This document shows positions 24,701-37,502 of a stretch of 64,000 nucleotides of DNA, in pieces; position 1 is the first letter of the stretch, and every line of letters starts with the position of its first letter. Below the pieces are notes generated by a model, which was given only the letters and a program-made list of their open reading frames with translations, did not search any database and was not told where the DNA came from. The position numbers were made by a program, and so were the translations under genes. Origin of the DNA: Balamuthia mandrillaris (taxonomy: Eukaryota); assembly GCA_031835245.2 (NCBI GenBank), contig JAVKOQ020000050.1:62001-126000 (forward strand), written 5' to 3'.

Positions 24701-26359
24701 TTGTTTCTCTCCAAGTTCCAAAAGCTCTTCAATGTCTCTCACTTTTAGCTATCGTTGTTGTTACACAAGGCGGCGTATGAAAGAAAGAAATGAAGATAGC
24801 ATACCAAAACATGATCACGGAACAAACGTTGAGAAGTCGGTTCAAGAAATGGGCATTTGGAGATACTTGACTTCTTATTCTTATTCTTCTCGCTTTTGAT
24901 CATGTCCAAACAACGATCGTTCATGCGAGAAACTGAGCCTAAACGCTTCACTTGAGCGTTGATGCAGAGGTTCTTGCGAGAGCCTAGAGACACTGTTCTT
25001 ACGTGACGAGCAAAAGAGGTCTTCTTCACTTCGCTGACGAACTGGTCCAATTGCGAGTGAGTTCTGCTGCAGTAATAGATCTGTTTTATGTATGTTTTTT
25101 TTTAAAAAAATAGATAAGCAGTGAAGAGAACAGAAACAAAAAGAAGAACGAAGAAAAAGAGCAAAAAAGCGAGACCTTACGAATGGAGGAAGCAATCTCG
25201 GCCTCCTCTTCACCCTCTTCATCCGAAGAGCACGCGTTGCGGTCATATATCTGCAACAGCTGACGATACAATTCGCTTTCCTTCTTCCTCTCTCTTTTCC
25301 TTCTCCTTCTTTCTTCCTCTTTCTCCGTTTTCTTCCGTTGTCGTTCCTCTTCCTCATCTTCGCTCTGATACTCATCTAAACAAAACTCTTCATCACTAAA
25401 GTCCAGTTCTCCTTCATCACCACCATCGTTGCTTATCTTGCTTCCTTTTGCTTTTCTTCTTCCTCGTTTTCTCTGTCTCTCCTTCTCGCTTCGTGCTAGC
25501 CTCATTCTTTCCTCTCTTTCTCTTTCTTCTGCCTCCGCCAACATTTGTTCCACCACGCGAAGGTTGTCTTTGTTCTGCCTTCTCTTTATCTCTCTCTTTT
25601 CCTCTTCAGAGCCTTCCATGTTGAATATTGCCGGTTTGTTGTTATTTACACTTGCCCTTGCTCGCTTCTTATGTTGTTGTTCGTCTTTGCGTTCGTTGAG
25701 ATGAGATGAAGAAGAAGAACAAGAAGATGGTGAAGAAGAAGAGTCAAGAATATCACGTAAAAGAGAAAGTCTGGTTTTGAGTTTATCTCTCTTTCGTAGC
25801 TTTTCTTCGATGAGGAACTGTTTCTCTTTCTCTTTCATGCGCTCGTAATGAGCAGCCATCCAGTCCTCCTCTTCATCTTCCTCGTCCTCCTTTTTGCCTT
25901 CTTCCTTCTTTTCCTCTGGGGAGAAAAAAAAGAGTAAGAAAGAAAAGAAAAGATTAAAAAAGATATAAGAACGAATGGAAAACGGAGAAGAGAGAAAGCT
26001 GAGGGACAAAAAAAAAAGAAAGATAACGGTGTACATACCTTCAGTTGGAGCAAGTTCCAACTTGTTTTCATTGTCTTTGAGCCATTGAAGCGTACTACAA
26101 ATGATGCTCAACGACTTACCCTATTTCCAGAAAGAGGAGAGCGCAAAGATCAACACCTATGAAAGAAAAGAGAAGCGAGAAGAAGAAGTGGGATGGCAAA
26201 AATAAAAGGTAGTACGGTGCCAGTGGGGCTTTCGAAGATGCCGATGCCGCCTTTGTCAAGTACAGCGTAGAGCTGCTCCATAAAGTCCTTCTGAATGGCA
26301 TACGGCCGGAAGGGAAAAGAAAAAGGGTTCCTCTCCCACTGCTCTGCCGTCGGTTCCAT
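21726..26359 (-). CDS. DDX11: ATP-dependent DNA helicase DDX11/Chl1 (XPD-family Fe-S helicase), multi-exon
   Basis: FSFPFRPYAIQKDFM, GIFESPTGT|GKSLSIICS, YCSRTHSQLDQFV, SLGSRKNLCIN, CPYYGSR, VVVDEAHNLIDAI, LILAGGTMQP, FSCGHVIP, GGKMSEGINFSD, MRAVNQSIGRAIRH. Confidence 0.95.
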
Positions 26360-26431
26360 GCTACCAATTTCTTGTCGTTGTCGTTGAAAGCTTCTTCTTG
26401 TTCTTGTTCTTGTCTTCTTGTTGTTGTTCTT

Positions 26432-26573
26432 CTTCTTCTTCTTGTTCTTCTTATTTTTCTTCTTCTTCTTCTTCTTCTTCTTCTTCTTCTTCTTCTTCTT
26501 CTTCTTCTTCTTCTTCTTCTTCTTCTCCTCCTCCTCCTCCTCCTCCTCCTCTCTCTCTCTTTCTCTCTCTCTC
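26432..26573. repeat. (TTC)n/(CTC)n/(CT)n compound microsatellite in the DDX11 5' region
   Basis: Seen directly. Confidence 0.9.
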
Positions 26574-26867
26574 CTGATGCGTACACAACGATGCAAAAAA
26601 ATTGGCGGGAAAATTTGGTCGGTGGATCGATCTATTTTGTCGACGCATACATTGTTTTCGTGGGCAAGACAAAAAGATACATAACACATCACGGTATTTC
26701 CCTTTGTCTCTGTGGGGATGATGCATGACTCATCACAACATATGTCTACCGTGTAGCTCAACCCCAACAATCTGTTCTGTTCTGTTCTGTCCTTTTCTCT
26801 TTGTTTCGGTTCACACGGTAGAACGCAGGTTTTCTTCTGCTGAACTTTTATTTAAATAAATAGTTTC

Positions 26868-28067
26868 TTAGCAGTGAGACTGTGGAATCATGCCAGCAAA
26901 GTTGAAGTTGATATGCGTCTTGGGTGCGGCCGGTTCGGGGCATTCATGCTCGGGTTCCTCCTCAGCAAAGCTGGTCAGCTTTCTGGCGTTGAGAGATTGG
27001 ATGGGTCTGTTGTTGTGGTGAAGCACCTCCTCAAAGAGCTCCAGCTGAGCGGCAGTTGCCGTGATGGGGCTCTTCACTACGAACCACTGTTTTTGGTGTT
27101 GGCAACAAAGCCATAGAAAGGAAGAAAGGCACGAGAGGAAGGGCAAAACGATAACAAAGAAAAGACACAGTCGGATGGAAAAAAGCACAAAGGACAAGAA
27201 AGAAAGACGAGAAACGAGAAACAATCGTCGAAAAGAAGTTATAACGGGACAATACCATGACATCCTCGGTACAGGGAGGGGTGGTCAAAGAGCCGTGCAA
27301 GTGGAAGTAGTCCAAGGCAGCGACCTCCTCAAAGAGGGCATCGAAGTTGACAGAGACGTTGCGGTGCTGGCTCTCCTCATCAACGGGGAGGTTGTGCTCA
27401 ACATAGAGTTGGGCGAGGAAAGCGCTTTCCTGGGAACCTTCCTCGAAGAGGAAGCCCACAACAGCAAGTTTGACTCCCTCGTCATCAACTTTGTTTCAAG
27501 TTTTTGATGAGGAGACAAAGCTAAACAAGTCAGGGCGATAAAAGAATACAAAGGAGCTTGGAAAGAAGGAAACCAAGAAGTCTTACCAGATGTATGAACA
27601 AAGTGAACTTCGAGGGGGAAGCTCTTGCCGTCGATGGTGTGCTCAGAAGGAGCGTGGAAGTGGAACTGCGCCAAACCATATTGCCGTTCCAGGGAGAGTA
27701 TAGAGGGAACATGCAAGGAGGAGCCGCCTTCGACCTCTACCTCAACGGTGTGACCGTTGTGGAAGATGACTGCATGCTCCTGGTTCTCCCAATCAATCTC
27801 CAAGTCGAAGCTCTCGCCATAGAGACGACGGTTGACTGTGCCCTTGGCCTCCTTGAGGTCCACAGGGGATTGCTCCACCCCTGAAGCACACACGGGGAAG
27901 GAGCCTTGGCAAATGGTCCCCCAGTTGTCAGGCCCGGTCTCGCCCTCGTACTCCCAGTGGCACTCCTCCTGGCGGGAGGTGAGGTGACCACGGTAACAGT
28001 AGGCATGCGTTGCGGTGACGGCAGCAACCACAAGAACAGCCAACAAAGCGAAAGAGGAGGAACCCAT
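26868..28067 (-). CDS. Secreted alpha-class carbonic anhydrase
   Basis: Signal peptide, HWEYEGETGPDNWG, QSPVDL, HNGHTV, QFHFHAPSEHTIDG...EVHFVH (Zn ligands), GSLTTPPCTE. Confidence 0.93.
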
Positions 28068-28340
28068 TGAGAACAGAAAGGAAGCCAGAAAACACACACA
28101 CAATAGCTTATCCCTGCTTTCTTTGATTTCCGTGGAAAAAAAAAAACGGTTTATATTGGCCGCTTGCAGCAGCGAAGCAAAACCTCCACTACGTTTCATC
28201 AAAAGTTCTTTCATAAATTTGACCAATCGCGCTTCACTGCTTTTTCCTTGTAAAGATAACTGACGTCAGTTCTGAGGCATCTTGAAGCGACGTCACCGTT
28301 TCTTTAAAAAAAAGTCGTTTGCTTGGAGTGGTCCCTCCCC

Positions 28341-28706
28341 TCACGCAGTCGCTTGCGGTGCTTTGCGGTCAGTGAAGCGAAGCTTGACGTGCTCCTTCGG
28401 CACAAGAAGCAGGTTCAATATATCCTCGGCAGGTTGCTCCCCAGCGTAGGAGAATGAAAAGTTCTGCGCCATATGAGCCAGAGTGACGTACATCTCCATC
28501 TCGGCCACTCGCCGGCCGACGCACATGCGCGCACCAAAGCCGAAAGGCAAGGAGGCGTAAGGATGATGATTATCGTTGAGGTATCTTTCTGGACGGAACT
28601 CGGTAGCCCTGGGGAAGTATTTCTCGTCCAAGCCCATCGTCTTTGTGACCATGTTCAATTGTACCTTTTTTTTTGTCGGGTTGGGAAAAATAGGAACGAA
28701 AGCTAG

Positions 28707-28745
<39 letters not shown>

Positions 28746-30566
28746 AGGGAGGGAGAAAGAAGAGACTACTTACACCAGCAGGAATGCGGTATCCTTTGAG
28801 CTCAATCTCGTCATCAAGAATACGAGGGATCATGAATGCAACTGGGTGTATTCTTTTTTTGTTCGACAAAAGAAGATAAGAAAGAGCATTAAGACAAAGA
28901 AAGGAGAAAAGATGTTAATAAAAGAACAAAGCGAAATAACGAACCTGAGAGCTTCTCGGATACAACCTTTGACAATTGGCAAATGTTTGAGTGTTTCAGC
29001 GTTTGGCAGCTCTCCTTTCAGCACCTCATCTACCTCCTTTTGCAACAGAGCTTGCGCCTCCGGATTGCGACTCAGCTCATACAAAGTCCACAACAACGTA
29101 TACGAAGTCTATGGACATAAAAGGAACCAAGAAAAAAGTTGGATAACTGTAAACACAAGACAAACAAAACAAAACAAAAGAAGAGAAGAAATGGAGAGGG
29201 GCAGATGGAATACAGAAGCAAGCAAAGGTGAACGTACAGTATCAACACCTCCAGCTAGCAAATCGATACAATTCACATTTACTTCCTCCGGAGTGACGCC
29301 CTCCTTCGTCAACATGAAGGTTAAAAAGCTGTGACTGTCCTGGAGCGCCTCCACTCCCTGCTCCTTAACGATTTTGTTGATTTCCTGCATCTTTCTGTCC
29401 ACATAGACCTGTCCGACCTTCATGATGGTGTCCCAATGGGCAACCATTCTCTTCCAAGCCGGAGTGGAGACCCATTGGTAGAGCGGGAAGCCGAACATGA
29501 GCTCTTGAGTTGCTGAGAACATGCCGCCCACGGCTTTGACGAACTCTTTGACTTGGGGCTCTGGGTTGGCCACGAGGCTGCCTACTCTGGCGTCGAAGAT
29601 GACTGTGCCAATTGCTGGATATATTTATATTTTTTTGTGTTTGTTTTTTGTTTTGTGTTAAGAGATAGAGATAGCAAGAAAGAAACAACGAGAATGAAGA
29701 GATAAGAGAAAGGCTCTAGAAGATACCTTCCATGCCAAAGCGGAAGAGAATGTTTTCAATGTCAGGAATGTACCCGGTAGCATCACGGCTCTGTTTCATC
29801 AGCTCTACGACGTCGACGGCAACTTTGGCTACCTCTGGTACGTAGTTCTCGACGGCGGGTGGGCGCAAGAGCTTCTCGTTCAGGACACGTCTTCCGTTGG
29901 CCCATGGTTCTCCCTTCCTTTTTTATTTCACAAGTTTCGTTTGTTTGAACAGAAGAAGGAGAAAAGACGAACAAGAACAGGAAGAGGGACAAGAACCAAG
30001 AGAGAACGCAAAACATACATATTAACAACACCAGGAAAGATCTTGGAGTGCTCTCGGTAGAGCTGCCAAGGCAAGACCGGCGCACGAACGGGGTACCTCC
30101 CCGCCGCGCGATGAATGGCCGCCGAGTCATCAGCGTCCGTCACCAGCACGGCCTTTTGGCTCAACATCTCGTAGCGCACCAAGGGGCCATAGCTGGCGAC
30201 GAGCTCATCTATCTTTTCGTGCATCTTGTGAAAGCCGCCGGGAAAGGTGGCAAACTCTAGGAGGTTGCCAAGAATGGGATAGCCTTTGGGTCCAGGTATT
30301 TCTTCCCAAGGCTTTGCTTGTTGTTGCGGCTGCGGTTGTTGATCGGCTTCGGTGGAGGAAGCAGAGGCAGAGGCGGGAGCGGCATGTTGAAAGGAGGCAG
30401 AAGAAGGGCGAAAGCAAGCGGAAGCCTGAGAACGAGAAGAGGAGGAAAAGGCAGAGGTGGAGAGAGCTGGGGCAGAATGAAGGTAGGAAGGCAGACGACG
30501 TTGAGGAGAGAAAACGGGTCTGGCTGTGGATGCGAAACGAACGGTGGTGGGCAGGCCTCTCCTCAT
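28341..30566 (-). CDS. Cytochrome P450 with mitochondrial-type presequence (mitochondrial-clan-like), multi-exon
   Basis: KPWEEIPGPKGYPILGN, WANGR (WxxxR), LLAGGVDT (I-helix), KGCIREALR (ExxR), FRPERY, LPFGFGARMCVGRRVAE (heme Cys). Confidence 0.92.
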
Positions 30567-30876
30567 TTTTTTTTTCTTACCGTGGTCGTTTTAATAAAAG
30601 AAAGAGAAAAGAAAGAAAAAGAAGAAGAAAAGGGAAAAACAACCTCGGAAAATGCTCCTTTTATTTCGGCATTACCTTTAATGATGCTTATAACACAAAA
30701 AAGGTATGAAATTCGGTATTTATGGTGATAATTACATAGATTCACCTTATTAAGATAGGTTTATCGGTAATGCCGATGTTGATGGGTCATTATTGCAATA
30801 TTATTAATAATATGCAATATTCGGCCTCTTTGGATAATAATTTGGGTTTATTCTTAATTTTTTGTAAATTGTTTTT

Positions 30877-31359
30877 CTAGCGTTTGCCTTTGTTCAAGAA
30901 TCGCAGGAGAAGATAAAAGACGATCCTGTAGAAGAGGAACATGCCCAACAGAACCAAGTACCAAGCCCATATCTTCACGTCCTCGTACTCGTACTCCTTC
31001 AGGATGTCCTCCCCGGTGAGCACCGAGGGGTCGCTACCCAGGTTGGGGTAGGCGCAGTAATAGAGCGTGGTGTTGCCGATGTCGCCCATCGGGTCGCATG
31101 GGAAGCTCTCGCCCTCAAACTCGTTGTACATGTAAGCCTCGAATGTGTACTGCAGAAAAAAAAACAAGAGGTTAAGAACAACGATGAATAAAGGAATACA
31201 ATTAAAGAGAAGGACAATGGAAAAGAGAGTACCTTGTGGAAGGAGATATAATGAGCCCATATCCACCATGGAGGCTATTTCATGCAACAAAAAACGGAAT
31301 CGTGATAATAAGCGTCAGTGATAGTTATACCAGACAGAGAATAATAATAGTAAGAGGAA

Positions 31360-31402
<43 letters not shown>

Positions 31403-33600
31403 AGCGTACAATGTTCGTAGCACGAACAAAGAATCCACAACACAACATGAACATGCCAAACAATCCGGCGCCAAACGCAATGCCCATGATGAAGTTTGGC
31501 ACAATAGCACTTATAGCGGTCACCAATGACTCTGCCACTATAAGAGACAAGAACAAGCCCAAAAGGAAGTAACCGTAACCTTCCGTTTTCAGGCCAATCA
31601 TGAAGTAAGAGATGAGGGAGAACAACAATGCAATAAGGAGAATGAATGGCAGTCCGACGATGGTATGCGCTAAGGCATATGCTCCAACTCTATGTATTTT
31701 TGAAGGAGTTAAAAGCAAATTAAACAAAGCAAGCGGAAAAGAAGAAAGAAATGGTACCGATAAGCTCCGTTCATTCTTTCACGCACGAATAATAGACGAT
31801 CTTCAATGAAGGCAGGGAGGGCAGCAATAGACATGAAAGTAAGAAAAGCCACAGAGAAGAACAGTACAGAAACACGATCTTGTATAGCCTGAAAGAAGAA
31901 GGAAAAAAGAAATGAATAAATACAGAAAGAAAAGACAAAAAAGAAAGAGCAAAAAGATTAATGAGAGAGAAGGAGAAAGTACGTCTTGGTCGTCATCGAT
32001 TTGTAAGTACAGCGTGCCCATCATTATCGAAAGCATAACGTACATGGCCAAACGAGCCCAATAATGGCCGGGATTACGCACAAATACCAATAAAGTACGA
32101 TAGATGACAATGAAGGTTTGCCACCAGAATGGTGTGGCGTACTTGCCCTTTAATTTGGAAGCTACAGAGGAGGCTTCCTCCGTGAATGAAGCCGTTTTGG
32201 ACTTGTCTAAAAGAAATTATTAATATGCAATAAAAAGGAATGGAATGTTATGGTAAGAAAGAAAGTAGTCGAGCAAAAAAAAAAAAAAAAGGAGATTAAG
32301 AAAAAGCGTACTGGCAAGGTCGTGAACTTCTTGTGCGACTTTGGATTGAGGATAAGCATCCACCAGGCTCTGCACTTCCTTGGGAGGAGAATCCAGCTTT
32401 TCAAAGTCGTAGTTGATGACGTCCAAGAAGTAATCTGCCGGGTTGACGTGCCTGCCGACCTTCAAGCCTTGACTGGCAAAAAATGGGACTGATTCTTCCG
32501 TTGGACCACAATAAATAAGTTTTCCTCTGCTCAGCAACTTTAAAAGAAATTAATAAAAAGCAGAGCAGAAGATGAAAATAAAATAAAAAGGAGAACAAAC
32601 CATAACATCATCAAAGGATTGGAAGACCTGAGAGGAAGGAGAATGTATAGTACAGATGATGGTACGATTATACTCTCGAGCAAGCTTCACCAAACTATCC
32701 ACCTTTTTGTTAAGACGGCAATACATAAGAATGATATCCAAAAGAATGAAGTTTAAGAACATTGAAGAGAAGAAGGAGAAGAACAAGAAGAACAAGAACA
32801 AGAAGAAGAAGAAGAAGAACAAGAAGAAGAACAAGAACAAGAGAGAATAAGTACCACGCTAGCTGCGCTCTTGCTGTCGAGGCCGCTGGTGGGCTCATCG
32901 AGGAAGATGACGGAAGGATCAGTGATGAGCTGCATACCAATGGAGACACGCCGCCTTTGACCACCGCTAATGCCTCGGCGAAAGACGGTGCCAACGGCAG
33001 TGTTGGCACAATCGGTTAGGCCAAGCTCGGTGATAATCTGCTCCACCTGTTATTGGAGAAAAAAAAGAGGAAGGCAACACTTAGAAAGAAGAAAAAGAAT
33101 GGCAAACAAAGCAAAAGAAAGAACGAAGAAAGAAAGAAGACAGACAGGGTAGAGAAGAAATAAACTAAGAAGAAAGTACTTTTTCTTTCTTTTTGGCAAT
33201 AGAAATGCTTAATGGGAGACGCAACAAAGCGGAGAAGTAGAGGTTCTCTCGGACTGTCAGGTCGCCAACCAAAGTATCTTCTTGCATCACGTATGCTAGT
33301 TTTTTGTTTAAGTTGCAGTCAGTGTGTTGCCAAGTATGAAAGAAAGCAGGAGAAACGAGGCGATAACCGTACCCATGTGACGTTTAAACTGCTTTTTGGT
33401 GAGAGGTTCGCCGTTGACCGTGATGTCACCGGAGAGAGATCCGCTTTTCACTCTTCCAGCAAGTATGTCCAAGAAGGTTGTCTTACCACAACCAGAGGGA
33501 CCCATTATCGCAAGCACTCGTCCTTAGGAGAAAAGCAATAGGTACCATCAGCTGCCAGACCAAAAGAAAGGAGCAACAAGAAAGCGAAGCGAAAGAGAAG

Positions 33601-33647
<47 letters not shown>

Positions 33648-34002
33648 AGAGAGAGGGAGAGAGAGAGGAAGAAAAAGAGAAAAAGAGAAGCGAAAAGAGA
33701 AAAAGAAGCAAGCAAAGAAAGAACAACGAATTTCAAGACATACCAGCTCCCGCAAACCCGCTCAGGTTATCCAAGATTGTTTTGTCTCCACGGGTGTCCG
33801 CGCAGCGGGGAGGGAACAGGCTGCAGCGACTTCCCGTCTGCACGGTGTAGGTGAGGCCCTCCCAAGCTATGTTGAAGCCCTCCGAGGAGACGTGACGCTT
33901 GGCGTGGGCGGAAGAAGAGGCGGCTTTGCCCCCGTAGTCGTCTTCCGAGGAGGAGAGATCTTCCACTTTTTCTTTGTGCTTGCTGTCTTCGTCTGATGAC
34001 AT
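30877..34002 (-). CDS. ABCG (White-family) half-size ABC transporter, multi-exon
   Basis: Walker [10 protein letters not shown], signature [12 protein letters not shown], Walker [24 protein letters not shown], and a C-terminal six-helix TMD (NBD-TMD order). Confidence 0.93.
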
Positions 34003-35302
34003 TTCTAAAGTCGTGTTTCCTTTTCTTTTATTTTATTTTTTGTTGTTTGATGAAGAAAAAAAAGAGTGAGAGACTGAAGAAGAACTAGAGAGGGAGAGAG
34101 AGAGAGAGAGAGAGAGATCTTCGTACCGGTTTCGTTGGTCTTTTCTTTATTTTTTGGTTGGAGCGGTCAAAAAGGGCGGAAAAGGCAACGGCTTGCGGTG
34201 GACGAGCGTTACTTTCTTACCGTCGTGCGTTTCTAACGTCAGTGTTGTGGTCGTTTATTTCTTTTCTTCAAGTAATTGCCCATTTATGCACCATTTCATC
34301 ATTACGGGGTTTGCGAAAAAGCGAAATTCCAGCGGGAACGGGTCGATTTTCCGCCAATATGTCGGCAAAAATTCGTAATCTACCGATAGCGCGATCAACT
34401 CCACCGCCGATTGGCTCCTGTTTGATTTCTCTGTTTTTCATTCTCCGCAGGTCGTCGTGGAAAAAAAAACAACTACTGCTTTTATTTTCTTTTCTTTTCT
34501 TTTTTTTTTGAGGTTATTTGTGTTTGTCAAACCCTTCTTCTATTCTCACAAAAAAAAAAACTGCATAAACACATTGTGTGTTCATTCTTGTTGCGTTGTG
34601 GTTTGTTGCTCTCTCACGCCGGGGGGGAGTGGTTTCTTCATTGCTTTTCGCCTTTCGCCTCCCGTGAGTTGGTCTTTTGTTTGCGTTACGTTAGTTTCCT
34701 TTAATATTTATTTTTTTGCAAACATGAAAACATTGGTAAAAAATACACAAAGAACAAAAGTTACCAGTGGAGTCCCAAATCTTTTTTGTTTGTTTAAGAT
34801 GTCTGGCCGCTACATCCTGCGCGGACACCTGTTTTTCTCCGCTAGCAGCCTTTGTGAAAGAAAAAACAGAGAAGAGAAGAACCGAAAAAAAAAAGAAAAG
34901 AAAAGAGACAAAACACCATTGTTAAAGCTGGAGTGGAAACAAAAAAAGAAACGAAAACTTTAAACCTGTTGAGTTGGTTCTTCTTGTTGCATCGTTCTTC
35001 TTTTCGTTACGCGCAACTCAGTCTTTTTTTCTTTTTATTTGGACCGTTAAAATCAAACTTTCTTTTTGTCGACGTTGAATTCGCAGCACAACCTGTGCTT
35101 CATTTCTGCACTACCTCCTAAAGTATTTACTTTAAATAGACAAGAACTCCCTTAAAAATTTCCCTTTTTTAGGGAATGCCACAACAAAAAGTAATCTTTC
35201 TTCCAAGAGAAGAACACAACCAAAAAAAAAAGAGTTACTCTATCTTTGTTTCCAACAACAGCAAAAACCCACACCGGAGGAGGAGGAGGAAAAAAAAGAC
35301 AA

Positions 35303-37364
35303 ATGTGTCGCTGGGTGGTGTACCTCACGACGGCGGGACAGGAGGAGATCCTGTTGGCGGACCTCGTCACACGACCAGTCAATTCGGTAATTCTCCTCCT
35401 CTCCCATCAAAAAAAAAGTAAAAGAAGAGAGGCTAACGATTGAGATTGTGTTTTTTTTTTTGTTCAGATCATTCACCAGAGTAGGCATGACCCTTACTTG
35501 CCGTACATAACTGGATGTCCTCAGGAGATAAGCGCGAGGAATCACGGGATCAACGGAGACGGCTTTGGCGTTGGATGGTATGTTTTTTTGCTCCCCCTTA
35601 ACGAAGAAAGAAGAAAGAAGAACAAGAATAAGCAGAGGCAATAGAAAGAGAGCAAAGAAAAACGAGAGAACAAGAATGAGAACGAGAAGAAAATAGATCG
35701 AGAGATGAGAAGAAAAAAATGAAGATAGTCATTGAATGGCATTGAAACAGGTATGTTTTCTCGGAGAGCACCATTCCTTGTGTGTTTACCTCCACACAAC
35801 CCTCTTGGAATGACCGCAATCTACAGCGACTGGCCAACTATGTTCGCTCTCACTGTATATTCGCTCATGTACGAGCTGGTATGTATCGGTTCCGTTTCTC
35901 TCCTTGATTTCTTACTCTTCTACGTCTTCTCTTCTTCTTTCTGCTTCTTCACTCAAACTTTTTAACACAGCTTCTCCTGGTTCTCTTATATCTCTTGCAA
36001 ATTGTCATCCATTTCAATTCGGAAGGTATCCTTCACTCTCATTCGCGCTCCCTCTCTCCCTCTCGTTCTAATCCTTTTAACCCGTTACAACGAAACCCCG
36101 CGCAACTAAAGGCTAATGTTTATGCACAATGGGGCAGTTGCTCATTTCAAAGACCTCCGTTATCTCATATTAAAAGCCATTCATAAGACCAGTGCACATT
36201 ATATTGAAGGGACAACCGACTCAGAGCACGTCTTTGCTCTCTTCGTGCACTATCTTCCCAATCACGACCCTTCAGCTGATCACAACGGACACGTTTTGAA
36301 AAAGGTGGCTCTCCTCTTCTTTCTGTCTTGTTTCTTTTTTTTTTTTTCATTCTTTTCGTTTATCTAGTCTTTAAGTATTTTCTCATTCGTGTTTTTTTTT
36401 TCACTTTCATTCTTGTTTTATTTTTTGCAATAAGGCGATGTTACGGACTATTCGACACGTGATAGCTTTGGTAGAAAAGGTAGAAGCAAAGAATGGGTGG
36501 GAGCATGTACCTTCTTCCTTGAACTTCTCCGTCACAAATGGCAATGTGGTCATAGCAACTCGCTTTAGAGATTGGTATTGTTCTTGTCCTTAGGTCCCTT
36601 CATTTGTTATATCATCGCTAATGTCTTCCTCCTGTAGCAAGAACCAAGATCCACCGTCCCTCTACTACTCTGAAGTCTATAAGTTCCATCCTCCCAACAA
36701 ATCCGACACTCCTTGTCACAAAACCAAAACAACTACAACATCCTCGTCCTTATCTTCTTCCTCGCCCTCGCCCTCATCCTCTTCTCCTTCTTCTTCCAGT
36801 AGCAACCCCACCCGACGGCTCCAAAGGGAGTCCAGCTGTGCATCCAACGAGATGAGATGGCAAGGCCCTTTGAAAGGAGATCAAGTGGCTCCGGGTGAGG
36901 TCCAGTCGGTGGTAATCGCCTCCGAGCCGCTCACTAGAGACGAGTTGCAATGGAAACTGGTCCCAAAGAACAGCCTTTTGGTGGTCACCCACACCAAGAA
37001 GACGATAGTGGAGCCCATTTCGTTGCTTCCTTCTTCCACGTCAATGACCAGTCTTTCTATTGTCGCAAAGGAGGAAAAGGAGAAGAAACAAAAGGATATG
37101 ACTGGAGAAAAGGAGAAAGACAACCTAACCGAAGAGGTAGGCGAGGAAGCAGAACAACCACAAAACGCTGAGAATTACAAAGAGAATGAAAGCAAAACAG
37201 AAGAGGAAACGGTGAAGAACGAACGGCGGCAAACGCGGAGCGCTTTGTGGCCGGACTTGCGGTTAGGCTTCATGGTAGGCCTGCTTCTTGCCGTCGCTCT
37301 TGTGTTTTGGCTACAAGCCGCGGCACCCTTGCCGTCCCTGTCGCAATCCACATTCTCGCCATAA
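35303..37364 (+). CDS. Class II glutamine amidotransferase (DUG3/EgtC-like Ntn hydrolase) with a C-terminal hydrophobic helix
   Basis: N-terminal nucleophile MCRW, INGDGFGVGWY, QPSWNDRNL, FAHVRAAS, NCHPF, FMHNG, GTTDSEH, SLNFSVTNG, VVIASEPLT...WKLVPKNS. Confidence 0.9.
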
Positions 37365-37502
37365 ATTTTTTACTTTCTTGTAAAAACTTTTGAATTATTT
37401 TCGTTTTAGCTGTAAAATCGCGATAATTTGACCATATTAGGGTTGAGTATTGCAAAAAAATTCTTATTGTATCGACAAAATTGCTTGTGATGTTTTAAAT
37501 AA

